In this document: positions 13,991 through 22,612 of the stretch, piece after piece | Layout: each line of letters starts with the position of its first letter | Position numbering within the stretch: position 1 is the first letter of the stretch | Assembly: GCA_009777685.1 (NCBI GenBank) | Contig: WRLJ01000001.1 | Coordinates: 1 to 32,020, forward strand | From: Oscillospiraceae bacterium | Lineage (GTDB): Bacteria; Bacillota; Clostridia; Oscillospirales; UBA929 | Direction of reading: 5' to 3' | DNA: 32,020 nucleotides | The notes under the pieces: model-generated | What the model was told of the DNA's origin: nothing | The model's input: only the letters and a program-made list of their open reading frames with translations | The model's database searches: none | Made by a program: the position numbers and the translations under genes

Positions 13991-16975
13991 ATGTTTATGT
14001 TCAAATTTTATATCGCGGCGTTGTTCACGGGCATAAAACGCCACGTTTTTTTCCGCGCGGCCACCACCTTTGAGTGGGACAAGGCCGGCATCCCGACCAT
14101 TCCGGATACCGGCGAGAAGGTCGCGGACCTGATCATCTCCGCCCTGAACTGGGTCTTGTCCTTTGTCTGGGAGACGGTGATCGGCGGCTTCATTGATATG
14201 ATCCGCGCGTTTTTGTATTCCATGCTGGTCATTCCGCTGTTACTCGTGCATATCTTTGGCGGGGCGGTGGATTTGTTCTCCGGCTTGCAGGCGTTTGAAA
14301 CCGAGGTCAAGACCATCGCCCCGGCGGCGGCGTTTCCCGACGTCCCGTACAACGGCTTTCTCCGGCTGGACAGCCTGTATCTGTTCGATCACTGGGTCGA
14401 ATACGACAACGGCGGCGGAAGCCAGCCTGAACCCACCGTCGCGTTCAATGATTTCAAGGACGCCATGTTACAGCTCTGGCACGGCAACGGGGACACGAAA
14501 TCCAGCACCAAATCCAGGGTTCCGGAGTCTATCAAAAACAACAACGGCAGCTATTATCTTGAGCAGGCCATCAGCGTATACCGCAACGAGCCGGACATGC
14601 TCTGGACGGAAAAGGGCGCGAAAAGCAAAGCGACCGATGTGCATAACTACTTCAAAGCCTATGGCGGCAGGGATGCGCACACCAGGGACTTGGGCCTGGA
14701 TTTCGACGAGATGACGACAGCGGAATTCCGGGACTGGTATTTCCGCTTCTTTTTCTACAACTCCACCGAGATCGAGCGGGGTATCATCCTGGTGCATCCG
14801 CGGGATGTCTACGGGGACGGGACCAACTATTTGTACGGCGGGTCGTTTGAGTATAGCGGCAGTCGCTGGAACAACGACAAACCGAGAGATTGGGATAACG
14901 GCTCCACGGTCTACCAGCGGGTAAGAGGGTTTTATACCAGCGAAGGCTATGGCGAACGGACGCCCCTGACCCGGGGCGACGAGGCCATGCGGTATCACAA
15001 GTTTCTCCCCGACTGGGGCGATAACAACCAGACCATCATCCGCCATGCCGTCATACACAATATATACCACTGGAAAGGCACTTTTAGTACATATCGCTAC
15101 TATACCTATAAACTCTACACCTATTACCGGGCCTCGCTGCTCTGGGAAGACTTTGTCCAGAATATGCCCGGCATTGTGGGCGACTACAGCATCACGAATC
15201 TCTATGACTGGAACCGCTACACCGACACCTTCCAGGAGATCATGCGGCAAAACGGCATCAACCCCGGCTGGGGGCAGATGTACGAGTACGTCGCCAACAG
15301 CCTCCGCTCGGGCACGCCCATGTCGCCCAAAACCGAAACCAAGCGCTATACCATGCTGGACCTCTTCTTTGCCCAAAACGCCGTGTCTTATGCGTTCTGG
15401 GGCGTCACCCTGATCGCGATGGCGCTCTGCATCGCCTTTTCGATCATCGCCGTCGTCCGCTCGATGGGCGACCTGCAGCAAAAGCGCCCGCTGGGGCAGG
15501 TGGTCGGCTCCATCGGCAAGGCCATGCTGACCTTCCTGCTGATCCCCGTGATGGTGATCGCCGCGGTGAATGTCTCCGGGGTCCTGCTCCAACAGCTGGA
15601 CTATACGATGGCGGCCGCGTCCGTGGGCGGCCTTACAGGCGACACCAGCTCCGACGGCCGCAACACCAGCGGCTTTGTGACCGAGCGCTTTGACGTCCCC
15701 AAGGGCATCATGCTGGGGGCCATCACGCTGGACAGCATCCGCGACCCCAACCCCAACAGGCCCCTCTCCCCCGCCCAGCGGCGGGAGGAATTTGAAAAGG
15801 TGAAGGCCGACATTGTGTCGGGCCGCCTGGCCTGGGCCAACGCCGGGGAGGTGGTCAAGCGGGTGGACGTCTTTAAGATGTATTTGCTGCCCTCCATTGT
15901 CGCCGCGTGGTTCTCGGCGTTCATTATGATTATGATCTTAATGATTTTCATCCGGCGGATCTTCGAGATGGTGATGCTGTACATTGTCTCGCCGCTGTTC
16001 GTGGCCCCCATGCCGCTGGACGAGGGGCAGAAGTTCAAGGCGTGGAAGGACGCCTTTATCGGCAAGGCCATCTCGGGCTTCTCCTCCATCCTGATGCTCC
16101 GGCTGTTCCTGATGTTCGTGCCGATGATCTGGCAGAGCGGAATCCGCTTTGCCTCGGACGAGTTCGCCGACGTGATGCTGAAGGTGCTGTTTATGCTCGG
16201 CGGGCTGTACACGGTGTATAAGTCCCACACGATGATCACGGGTCTGGTCAGCCAGCAGGCCGCCTCCGCCGAAACGGAGAGCAGCACGGGCCTGGTCGGC
16301 GCGTACACGGTGGGCGTGGCCACCAGCGCGCTCCAGCAGACCATGACCAAAATGGCCGGCACCGTGGCCGGCAAGCCCTTCGACCTCGCCGACAGCCATC
16401 TGGACAAATTGTTCAAGCCCGGTAGCGGCGGCGGAGGAAGCTCCTCTGGCGGCGGCGGTGGCGGTGGAGGCGGCTCCGGCAACAAGTTCAGCGGCGACTC
16501 CGGCGGTTCCGGCGGCGAGTCCCCCGACTTCTCGGGCGGAGGAGGAGGCGGCGAAAGCTCCGGCGGCGGAGAAAGCTCCGGAGGCGGCGGCGGAGGCGGA
16601 GGAGGCTCCTCTGGCGGAGGAAGCTCCTCTGGCAGCTCAAACCGCTTCTCCGGCGGAGGAGGCGGAAGCTCCTCCGGCAGTTCGTCCGGCGGCGGCAGTT
16701 CCTCTGGCGGCGGAGGCTCCTCCGGCAGCTCGTCGTCGGAGATCAACCCCAACACCCATTCCAGCTACCAAAAAAAGGGGCTGTTTGAGGACGAGTTTGA
16801 AAACGAACCCTTCGAGGGCCGCCTGTTCTCCGACCCCCCGCCGCCCCCGGCCCCGTCCAACCCCGCGCGCGACCGCTTCATGGCCGCCTATTCGGGGGAA
16901 AGCAGCGGCTCCCAGCAGTTCAACAGCCGCCCGGGCCTGTTCACCGACGAGTTTGAAGACGACGATGATGGTTAA
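13991..16975 (+). CDS. VirB6-like polytopic membrane protein with a large aromatic-rich extracytoplasmic insert and a Gly/Ser-rich, acidic C-terminal tail
   Basis: About 994 aa; the start is uncertain (GTG 13982, ATG 13991 or 13997). It has multiple TM helices. The conserved block MLYIVSPLFVAPMPL and SYAFWGVTLIAMALCIAFSIIAV are shared with the next gene. A ~350-aa Trp/Tyr-rich segment lies between TMs. The C-terminal ~105 aa is Gly/Ser low complexity, followed by two GLF[ET]DEFE motifs. Confidence 0.6.
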   Translation: MFMFKFYIAALFTGIKRHVFFRAATTFEWDKAGIPTIPDTGEKVADLIISALNWVLSFVWETVIGGFIDMIRAFLYSMLVIPLLLVHIFGGAVDLFSGLQAFETEVKTIAPAAAFPDVPYNGFLRLDSLYLFDHWVEYDNGGGSQPEPTVAFNDFKDAMLQLWHGNGDTKSSTKSRVPESIKNNNGSYYLEQAISVYRNEPDMLWTEKGAKSKATDVHNYFKAYGGRDAHTRDLGLDFDEMTTAEFRDWYFRFFFYNSTEIERGIILVHPRDVYGDGTNYLYGGSFEYSGSRWNNDKPRDWDNGSTVYQRVRGFYTSEGYGERTPLTRGDEAMRYHKFLPDWGDNNQTIIRHAVIHNIYHWKGTFSTYRYYTYKLYTYYRASLLWEDFVQNMPGIVGDYSITNLYDWNRYTDTFQEIMRQNGINPGWGQMYEYVANSLRSGTPMSPKTETKRYTMLDLFFAQNAVSYAFWGVTLIAMALCIAFSIIAVVRSMGDLQQKRPLGQVVGSIGKAMLTFLLIPVMVIAAVNVSGVLLQQLDYTMAAASVGGLTGDTSSDGRNTSGFVTERFDVPKGIMLGAITLDSIRDPNPNRPLSPAQRREEFEKVKADIVSGRLAWANAGEVVKRVDVFKMYLLPSIVAAWFSAFIMIMILMIFIRRIFEMVMLYIVSPLFVAPMPLDEGQKFKAWKDAFIGKAISGFSSILMLRLFLMFVPMIWQSGIRFASDEFADVMLKVLFMLGGLYTVYKSHTMITGLVSQQAASAETESSTGLVGAYTVGVATSALQQTMTKMAGTVAGKPFDLADSHLDKLFKPGSGGGGSSSGGGGGGGGGSGNKFSGDSGGSGGESPDFSGGGGGGESSGGGESSGGGGGGGGGSSGGGSSSGSSNRFSGGGGGSSSGSSSGGGSSSGGGGSSGSSSSEINPNTHSSYQKKGLFEDEFENEPFEGRLFSDPPPPPAPSNPARDRFMAAYSGESSGSQQFNSRPGLFTDEFEDDDDG
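16421..16737 (+). repeat. Coding low-complexity GGN/AGC (Gly/Ser) tract
   Basis: About 317 bp of ggc/gga/agc/tcc repeats encode GSGGGGSSSGGGGGGGGGSG... They generate spurious Pro/Glu-rich (minus strand) and Ala/Pro-rich (other frame) ORFs in the track. Confidence 0.9.
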
Positions 16976-18278
16976 CGCGCTGACGCCGGCCCTGGGCGGC
17001 CTGGCCGCCCGCGCCGGGGCCGCGCTGGGCTACGGCGGCTACCACTACGGTCCCAGCCCCGAGAATGAACTCATGTCCGAGCTGTTTTACCACATCTATG
17101 TCTTCTTCCTGGACTTTTTGGAGAAGCTGTGCGGCTTTTATGAGATTCTGGCCGGCACGCGCACCGTGGTCTACAACGGCCAGCGGATGGTTCTGGTCGA
17201 TATCCTGTTCAACCACGGCGCGGTGTCCTACGCCTTCTGGGGCGTCACCTTGATCGGCATCGCGCTGGCGATTTTCTTCTCCATTCTGGCCGTCTCCAAG
17301 CGCATGGTGGAGTTCAAGGGCGAGGGCCTCGGCCCCACGTTGGGACAAATCGGCCGGACCCTGCTGAGTTTTCTGCTGGTCCCGCTGCTGGCCTTCGGTC
17401 TGGTGCGCACGGGCGCGATCGTCCTCAACGCCACCGACGACCTGTTCGCCAACAACTACGAGGCCAACCTGCCCGGCTATATCTTCGCCACCACCGCCAC
17501 CTCCGCCGGCCTTTACCAGGGCGGCCAAAAGGGGCATATCGACGACGCCCTGCGCAAGCCCTACCTGACCGGGGCCAAGCGCTATGACAACGTGGCCGCC
17601 GTCAAACGCGACTTCAACCTGGGGCTGATTGACTCGCTCTCCGGCATCTTCCTCTGCGTGGCCCTGGGCGCGATTTATGTGTTCATCTTCGTGTTGTTAA
17701 TCGTCAGCCTGTTCGGCATCGTGCTGCACTACATTGTCTCCCCGCTCTTCGTGGCCACGATGGCCCTGGGCGACCCGGAGATGTTTATGCGCTGGCTGCG
17801 CTCGTTTATCCCCTGCTTCTTCACGGGCTACGGGCTGCTGCTGTCGTATAAGATCATCATTTATATCATCATTCCCTTCCTCAGCTCCGGCGTGGTCTTC
17901 TCCGCCGATCCCCTCGGCGACATCCTGCTGAAATTCCTCTTTGTCTTCGGCATGGTCTACAGCGCCTACAAAAACGCCGGAACCCTGGCGCAAATGCTCA
18001 ACCCCGACGGCCAGAGCGATGAGACGATGGTGCTGGGCACGGCGGGCAGCATCGCCTCGGGCGGCCTGAAAATCGCCTGGGCCGCGGCCAAGAGCGCGGG
18101 CAAGGCGGCCCTCAAGCTGGGCGTGAACGCCGCGACCGGCGGGCTGGATATGCTCGCCGACATGGGCAGCATGGCGACCAGCGTGGCCTCAGAGGCCGTC
18201 AAGGGCGCGGCGGAGGCCGTCACCGACGCGGCCGCGGGCGGCGGCGGCGGAGACGGCGGCGGTTCAGAGGAAGAATAA
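16965..18278 (+). CDS. VirB6-like polytopic membrane protein, shorter paralog of the preceding gene
   Basis: The start was trimmed to ATGATG at 16965/16968, overlapping the upstream stop (16973-16975). Blocks shared with the upstream gene are HGAVSYAFWGVTLIGIALAIFFSILAVSKRM and LHYIVSPLFVATMALGD. It has about 7-8 TM helices and a Gly-rich acidic C-terminus (GGGGGDGGGSEEE). Confidence 0.6.
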   Translation: MMVNALTPALGGLAARAGAALGYGGYHYGPSPENELMSELFYHIYVFFLDFLEKLCGFYEILAGTRTVVYNGQRMVLVDILFNHGAVSYAFWGVTLIGIALAIFFSILAVSKRMVEFKGEGLGPTLGQIGRTLLSFLLVPLLAFGLVRTGAIVLNATDDLFANNYEANLPGYIFATTATSAGLYQGGQKGHIDDALRKPYLTGAKRYDNVAAVKRDFNLGLIDSLSGIFLCVALGAIYVFIFVLLIVSLFGIVLHYIVSPLFVATMALGDPEMFMRWLRSFIPCFFTGYGLLLSYKIIIYIIIPFLSSGVVFSADPLGDILLKFLFVFGMVYSAYKNAGTLAQMLNPDGQSDETMVLGTAGSIASGGLKIAWAAAKSAGKAALKLGVNAATGGLDMLADMGSMATSVASEAVKGAAEAVTDAAAGGGGGDGGGSEEE

Positions 18279-18298
18279 AACATTTGGAGGCGGCGCGT

Positions 18299-20941
18299 AT
18301 GCGTATCATCCCGAAAAACACCCGCGTAAAAATCGAGTTCTACAAGGGCATTGACCTGCCCGACGCCGTCATCGGCCTGTTGGGGGTCATCCTCGCGGTC
18401 GTCCTGTTCACCTCCAACATCCCCTCGCGCTTCTGGCTCATGCTGGCTACCGCGGTCCTGTTCGGCGTCCTGCTGGTGCGCATCGACAGCGAGAAGACGT
18501 ACATGATGCTGCTCAACCTCTTCAAGCACCTGAGCATCCGGCACGTCTATACCAAAAACGCCCCCAAGAAGGGCGCGGATATCCGCGCCCTCATGCCCTT
18601 CACCGGCTTCGGCGACGGGTGCATCGAGTTCAGCGACGACTATTTCGCGCAGGTCCTGGAGGTGCCCTCCGTCGAGTTCCGCTTCTACAGCGAGCACCGG
18701 CAGGACACCCTCATCGACCGCGTCCTCGGCTCGGCCCTCCGGCAGTCTGGCGACCTGATGGTCAATCTGGTCAAGCTGGACCGCCCGGTCAACTACGACC
18801 GCTGCATCGAAAGCGAGTTTGAGAAAATCGAGGCGCTGAAGTCCTCCTACACCAACGGCCTGGTCTCCGAGGACGAGCTAAAACTCCGCGCCGACGTCCT
18901 GCGCGGCCGCATCGAGGCGCTCCAACGCCTCAACACCGAGAAAACGGTGGTCACTCCCTGCTATTACCTGGTCTTCTTTGAAAAGGACAAAAAGACCCTC
19001 AAGGAAATCACCCAGGCCGCCGCCGGCCTCCTGTCCGCGCAGGAGCTGAAATGCCGCGTCCTGACCGAGCCGGAGCTGGCCGCGTTCTGCAAATACGGCT
19101 ACACCCTCGAATTTGACGAGCGGGAAGCGCCGAACCTCGAGCCGGAGGATTACATGGACTGGATCATGCCGGAGAAAATTGAGTTCTTCGCGCGCCGCCA
19201 GACCGTGGACGCGCTCAACACCTACACCCTGCGCATCAGCAACTACCCCACCGCCGTCGGCAACGCCTGGGGCTGGCGTCTGTTCGACATCCCCAACACC
19301 AAGGTCGTTATGAAAATGAAGCCGGTCGACAAGTACAAGGCGGTGCGCCGCATCGACCGCGCCATCGACGAGCTACGCAGCCAGTCCGCCGCCACCGGCA
19401 AGACCAGCCGCGTCATCGAGCTAAACGAGCATATCGAAACCCTGACCCGCCTGCTGATGCTGCTGCAAAACGACAGCGAGACGCTCTTCGAGGTCAACAT
19501 TTTCCTCACCATCTACGAGCGGGAAAAAGGCGAACGAATCACGGTAAAAAAGAAAGTGCGCCGGATGCTCAACGAGGAGGGCTTCCGCTCCGAGGATATG
19601 ATGTTCCAGCAGTTTGACGCCTACGCGGGCGGCTGCGTGTCGGCCTACGACCCCTTCTCCGGCCAGTCCCGGGGCATCCACTCCACCAGCGTGGCGGCGG
19701 TGTTCCCGTTCGTCCACGGCGTCCTGCACGACGAGAAGGGCATCATGATCGGCAGCAGCGGCCGCACCCCGGTGCTGATTGACTTCTTCAAGCGCGACCA
19801 CGACCACGTCAACAGCAACATGGTCATCATCGGCAAATCCGGCAGCGGCAAGAGCTTTGCCACCAAGACCATCCTGGCCAACCTGGCGGCCGAGGACAGC
19901 AAGGTCTTCATCCTCGACCCGGAAAACGAATACCTCGGCATCGCCAAAAAGATGGGCGGCAAAATCATCGACGTGGGCAGCTCCAAAACGGGGCGTCTCA
20001 ACCCGTTCCACATCGTGCCCAGCATCGACGAGGAGGACGAGGAGGCGGACGCCGGCGGCGCGAACAGCAGCTACTCGGCCCACCTGCAATTCCTGGAGGA
20101 ATTCTTCCGCCAAATCCTGCCCGACATCGGGGCCGACGAAATGGAAATCCTGAACACCAACATCAGCCGGACCTACGAAAGCAAGGGCATCGACGCCCAG
20201 ACCAACATCGCCGCGCTGAAGCCGGGCGATTTCCCCACCTTCGACGACCTCTACGACAGCCTCCTGAGCGCGTTCCAAACCTCGCAAAGCGATTTCGGCC
20301 GGGAAAACCTGCGCATCCTGCTGACCCACATCGCCAAATTCGCCGGCGAGGGCCGCAACGCCATGCTCTGGAACGGGGAAGCCACCGTCACCACCAACGA
20401 GAATTTTGTGGTCTTCAACTTCCAGTCCCTGCTGGCCAACAAAAACAACATCATCGCCAACGCGCAGATGCTGCTGGTGCTGAAATGGCTGGACAACGAG
20501 ATCATCAAAAACCGCGACTACAACATCCGCTACGAGGCAAACCGCAAGATCATCGTCGTCATCGACGAGGCCCACGTCTTCATCGACACCAAATACCCCA
20601 TCGCCCTGGACTTTATGTTCCAGCTGGCCAAGCGCATCCGCAAATACAACGGGATGCAGGCCGTCATCACGCAGAACATCAAGGACTTTGTCGGCAGCGA
20701 GGAAATCGCCCGCAAATCGACGGCCATCATCAACGCCAGCCAGTATTCCTTCATCTTCGCCCTGGCGCCCAACGACATGCACGACCTTTGCCGCCTCTAT
20801 GAAAAAGCCGGCGCCATCAACGAGAGCGAGCAGGAGGAGATCATCAACAACGGGCGCGGCCAAGCCTTTGTGGTCACCAGCCCCGGCAACCGCACCCGCG
20901 TCCGCATCACCGCCTCCAAAGAGCTGCAAAAATTATTTTAA
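18299..20941 (+). CDS. VirB4-family T4SS ATPase with an N-terminal TM hairpin (VirB3-like fusion)
   Basis: RBS GGAGG lies 8 nt before the ATG at 18299. The N-terminal hydrophobic hairpin is AVIGLLGVILAVVLF...FWLMLATAVLFGVLLV. Walker A is MVIIGKSGSGKSFATK, family motifs are VFILDPENEY and RLNPFHI, and Walker B is IIVVIDEAHVFID. Confidence 0.9.
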   Translation: MRIIPKNTRVKIEFYKGIDLPDAVIGLLGVILAVVLFTSNIPSRFWLMLATAVLFGVLLVRIDSEKTYMMLLNLFKHLSIRHVYTKNAPKKGADIRALMPFTGFGDGCIEFSDDYFAQVLEVPSVEFRFYSEHRQDTLIDRVLGSALRQSGDLMVNLVKLDRPVNYDRCIESEFEKIEALKSSYTNGLVSEDELKLRADVLRGRIEALQRLNTEKTVVTPCYYLVFFEKDKKTLKEITQAAAGLLSAQELKCRVLTEPELAAFCKYGYTLEFDEREAPNLEPEDYMDWIMPEKIEFFARRQTVDALNTYTLRISNYPTAVGNAWGWRLFDIPNTKVVMKMKPVDKYKAVRRIDRAIDELRSQSAATGKTSRVIELNEHIETLTRLLMLLQNDSETLFEVNIFLTIYEREKGERITVKKKVRRMLNEEGFRSEDMMFQQFDAYAGGCVSAYDPFSGQSRGIHSTSVAAVFPFVHGVLHDEKGIMIGSSGRTPVLIDFFKRDHDHVNSNMVIIGKSGSGKSFATKTILANLAAEDSKVFILDPENEYLGIAKKMGGKIIDVGSSKTGRLNPFHIVPSIDEEDEEADAGGANSSYSAHLQFLEEFFRQILPDIGADEMEILNTNISRTYESKGIDAQTNIAALKPGDFPTFDDLYDSLLSAFQTSQSDFGRENLRILLTHIAKFAGEGRNAMLWNGEATVTTNENFVVFNFQSLLANKNNIIANAQMLLVLKWLDNEIIKNRDYNIRYEANRKIIVVIDEAHVFIDTKYPIALDFMFQLAKRIRKYNGMQAVITQNIKDFVGSEEIARKSTAIINASQYSFIFALAPNDMHDLCRLYEKAGAINESEQEEIINNGRGQAFVVTSPGNRTRVRITASKELQKLF

Positions 20942-20956
20942 TAGGGGGAAACGCCG

Positions 20957-21256
20957 ATGACCATCACCAAAACAGACGGAAAAACCATCGTTTGGGCCAT
21001 AGAGGGCCGATTGGAGGCCGAAAGCGGCCTCCGGCTCCAGCGCGAGCTGGAAGCCGCCTGGGACACCCTGAGCAAAGACCTCGTGTTTGACTTCACGGGC
21101 CTGACCTATATCAGCAGCGCCGGGCTGCGCGTCCTGCTGATGACCGAAAAGAAGGCCCGGGCCCGCGGGGTTCAGTTCTCGATCAGCGGCGCCAACCAAA
21201 TGGTCCGCGAAATCTTCGACATCACCGGATTTTCCAGCGTGCTGTCCATTGTTTGA
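20957..21256 (+). CDS. STAS-domain anti-sigma-factor antagonist (SpoIIAA/RsbV-like)
   Basis: 99 aa. DLVFDFTGLTYISSAGLRVLL matches the STAS phospho-serine loop (DSSGL-type); the candidate phospho-Ser is S53/S54 (nt 21113-21118). GANQMVREIFDITGFSSVL matches the C-terminal STAS helix. The gene starts 15 nt after the VirB4-like stop. Confidence 0.85.
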   Translation: MTITKTDGKTIVWAIEGRLEAESGLRLQRELEAAWDTLSKDLVFDFTGLTYISSAGLRVLLMTEKKARARGVQFSISGANQMVREIFDITGFSSVLSIV

Positions 21257-21263
21257 CGGTCAT

Positions 21264-21292
21264 GTGAGCTATAACAGCGGAAACGCCGTATA
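21264..21292 (+). promoter_or_regulatory. Candidate ECF-type promoter P2: G-TGAGCT-N16-CGTATA
   Basis: GTGAGCTAT is at 21264-21272 and CGTATA at 21287-21292. The boxes and spacing are identical to P1. It lies in the 108-nt gap between the STAS gene and the first gene of the six-gene array. Confidence 0.5.
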
Positions 21293-21364
21293 TAGAAGCA
21301 AGCACCCGCACCCGCATCCCCAAATTTTGATGGTTCCCACGGGAACAGAAAGGACGGTATCCCT

Positions 21365-22570
21365 ATGCCGGGCTTAGGAAAAGAAGTATTCCAGAACATG
21401 AAAACGGTCGAGGACCAATACCTGACCACGGAGATGAACATTCAGGCTCTGTTCTTCCAGCAGAAGGGCGCGATGAACGGCGACGTGCCGGGTCTCAAGC
21501 CCCAGGAAATGCCGCCGAAGCCAACCCTGTACCACACGGACGATATGGCCACCCTGCGGATTTTGAGGGACATGGAAAAGGATGTCGATCCCGCCAACGC
21601 CACCCTCAAGGCCTCGGTCGGCGAATACCAGAAGCAATGCTACAGCTCGCTCCAAAACCTGTCCCTGCTGCGGACCAAGAACGCCTTCCTCGGCAAGCTC
21701 ATCTCCGGCATAGACAATGTCGCCGCCAGCCTGAACCTGAGCGATGTGGAAAAGCAGCGCGCGCTGGATACGCTGACGGAGGTCAAGCGGCGCGGCGACG
21801 CGAAGATTCAGGCCGACAAGCTCTACATCGACAACTCCGTCCGCCAGTTCTCCAACGACCTCAAGGGCGAACCCACGGTGACCTCCAACGGGGTGGTGCA
21901 GTACGCCCATGAGCCCGAGTTTAAGGAAAGCCGATTTTTCCACATCTTCAACGCCGATGTGGAAAAGCGGCGTCAGGAAGCCTTCGACGGCTTCTTTGGC
22001 CAGCAGTTCCCGGACAAGGGCTTTAACATTCTCGAAAACGGCGTGAGGATTACCATCGGCGGCGTCACCTATGAACTCATTGACGAGACGGGCAAGAAGT
22101 CGGACGGCCCGGACAAGAGCGGCATCCAGCTCCGCGCCCTCGAAGGCCCGGAGAGGACCGTGGACCTCAATGATCCTGAGCTTGACGCCCCCGAATCTCC
22201 CCAGCAATCGCAAGCCCCCAAAAAATCGGGACTCCTCGCCATCGAATACCCGGAGCAGTCCCAGCCGTCTATGGTCCAGGAGGAGCCGCAGGCCATCGAG
22301 ATTGACATCCCCGATCACGACTTTGTCATGGTGAACAAAGAAGAAATCGACATGAACGACCTCAAGGACCCCACCCCCAGCCGGAGCCCCTCGTTCTGGG
22401 ATTCGATCACCGACATGGTCAACTCGGCCGTCGCGTTCGGCAAGAGCATCCTGCAAGCGCTGAAAATCATCGGGCCGGACCTGCCGACCCTCAACCCAGA
22501 CCATACCCTGAGCGGCCCGACCGTCACGGAACCGGCCAAAGTCTCGCAGCCCAAGGAGCGCAGCGTATAA
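21365..22570 (+). CDS. Hypothetical soluble protein, family member A of the six-gene array
   Basis: 401 aa with no signal peptide or TM. The shared core reads HTDDMATLRILRDME...C-x6-LSLLRTKNAFLGKL. The shared motif RSPSFWDSITDMV is at aa ~340-356 (nt 22394 onward). The C-terminal tail is basic and Pro-rich (..SQPKERSV). Confidence 0.7.
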   Translation: MPGLGKEVFQNMKTVEDQYLTTEMNIQALFFQQKGAMNGDVPGLKPQEMPPKPTLYHTDDMATLRILRDMEKDVDPANATLKASVGEYQKQCYSSLQNLSLLRTKNAFLGKLISGIDNVAASLNLSDVEKQRALDTLTEVKRRGDAKIQADKLYIDNSVRQFSNDLKGEPTVTSNGVVQYAHEPEFKESRFFHIFNADVEKRRQEAFDGFFGQQFPDKGFNILENGVRITIGGVTYELIDETGKKSDGPDKSGIQLRALEGPERTVDLNDPELDAPESPQQSQAPKKSGLLAIEYPEQSQPSMVQEEPQAIEIDIPDHDFVMVNKEEIDMNDLKDPTPSRSPSFWDSITDMVNSAVAFGKSILQALKIIGPDLPTLNPDHTLSGPTVTEPAKVSQPKERSV

Positions 22571-22612
22571 AGGACGGCTCACCGCCGTCCAAACGGAAAA
22601 GAGGAGACAGCT

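Noticed and set aside
15601-16755. 384-aa minus-strand ORF with striking PPPPEELP repeats
   Set aside because: The Pro/Glu repeats are simply the reverse complement of the GGN/AGC Gly/Ser tract in the VirB6-like gene. The remainder is antisense to TM-coding sequence.
16458-16964. N-terminal 169-aa extension of the second VirB6-like ORF (Ala/Pro/Glu-rich)
   Set aside because: The extension is an alternative frame through the upstream gene's Gly/Ser tract. The homologous region with paralog 1 starts after the ATGATG at 16965, which overlaps the upstream stop in a typical coupled arrangement.
9481-21256. Interpreting the block as an ordinary ICE or conjugative transposon
   Set aside because: This is not fully rejected, but the window does not support it. 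No relaxase, integrase, excisionase, oriT-like nick region or flanking direct repeats were seen, and the flanks are housekeeping-type genes. It is kept as the alternative hypothesis in the main finding.
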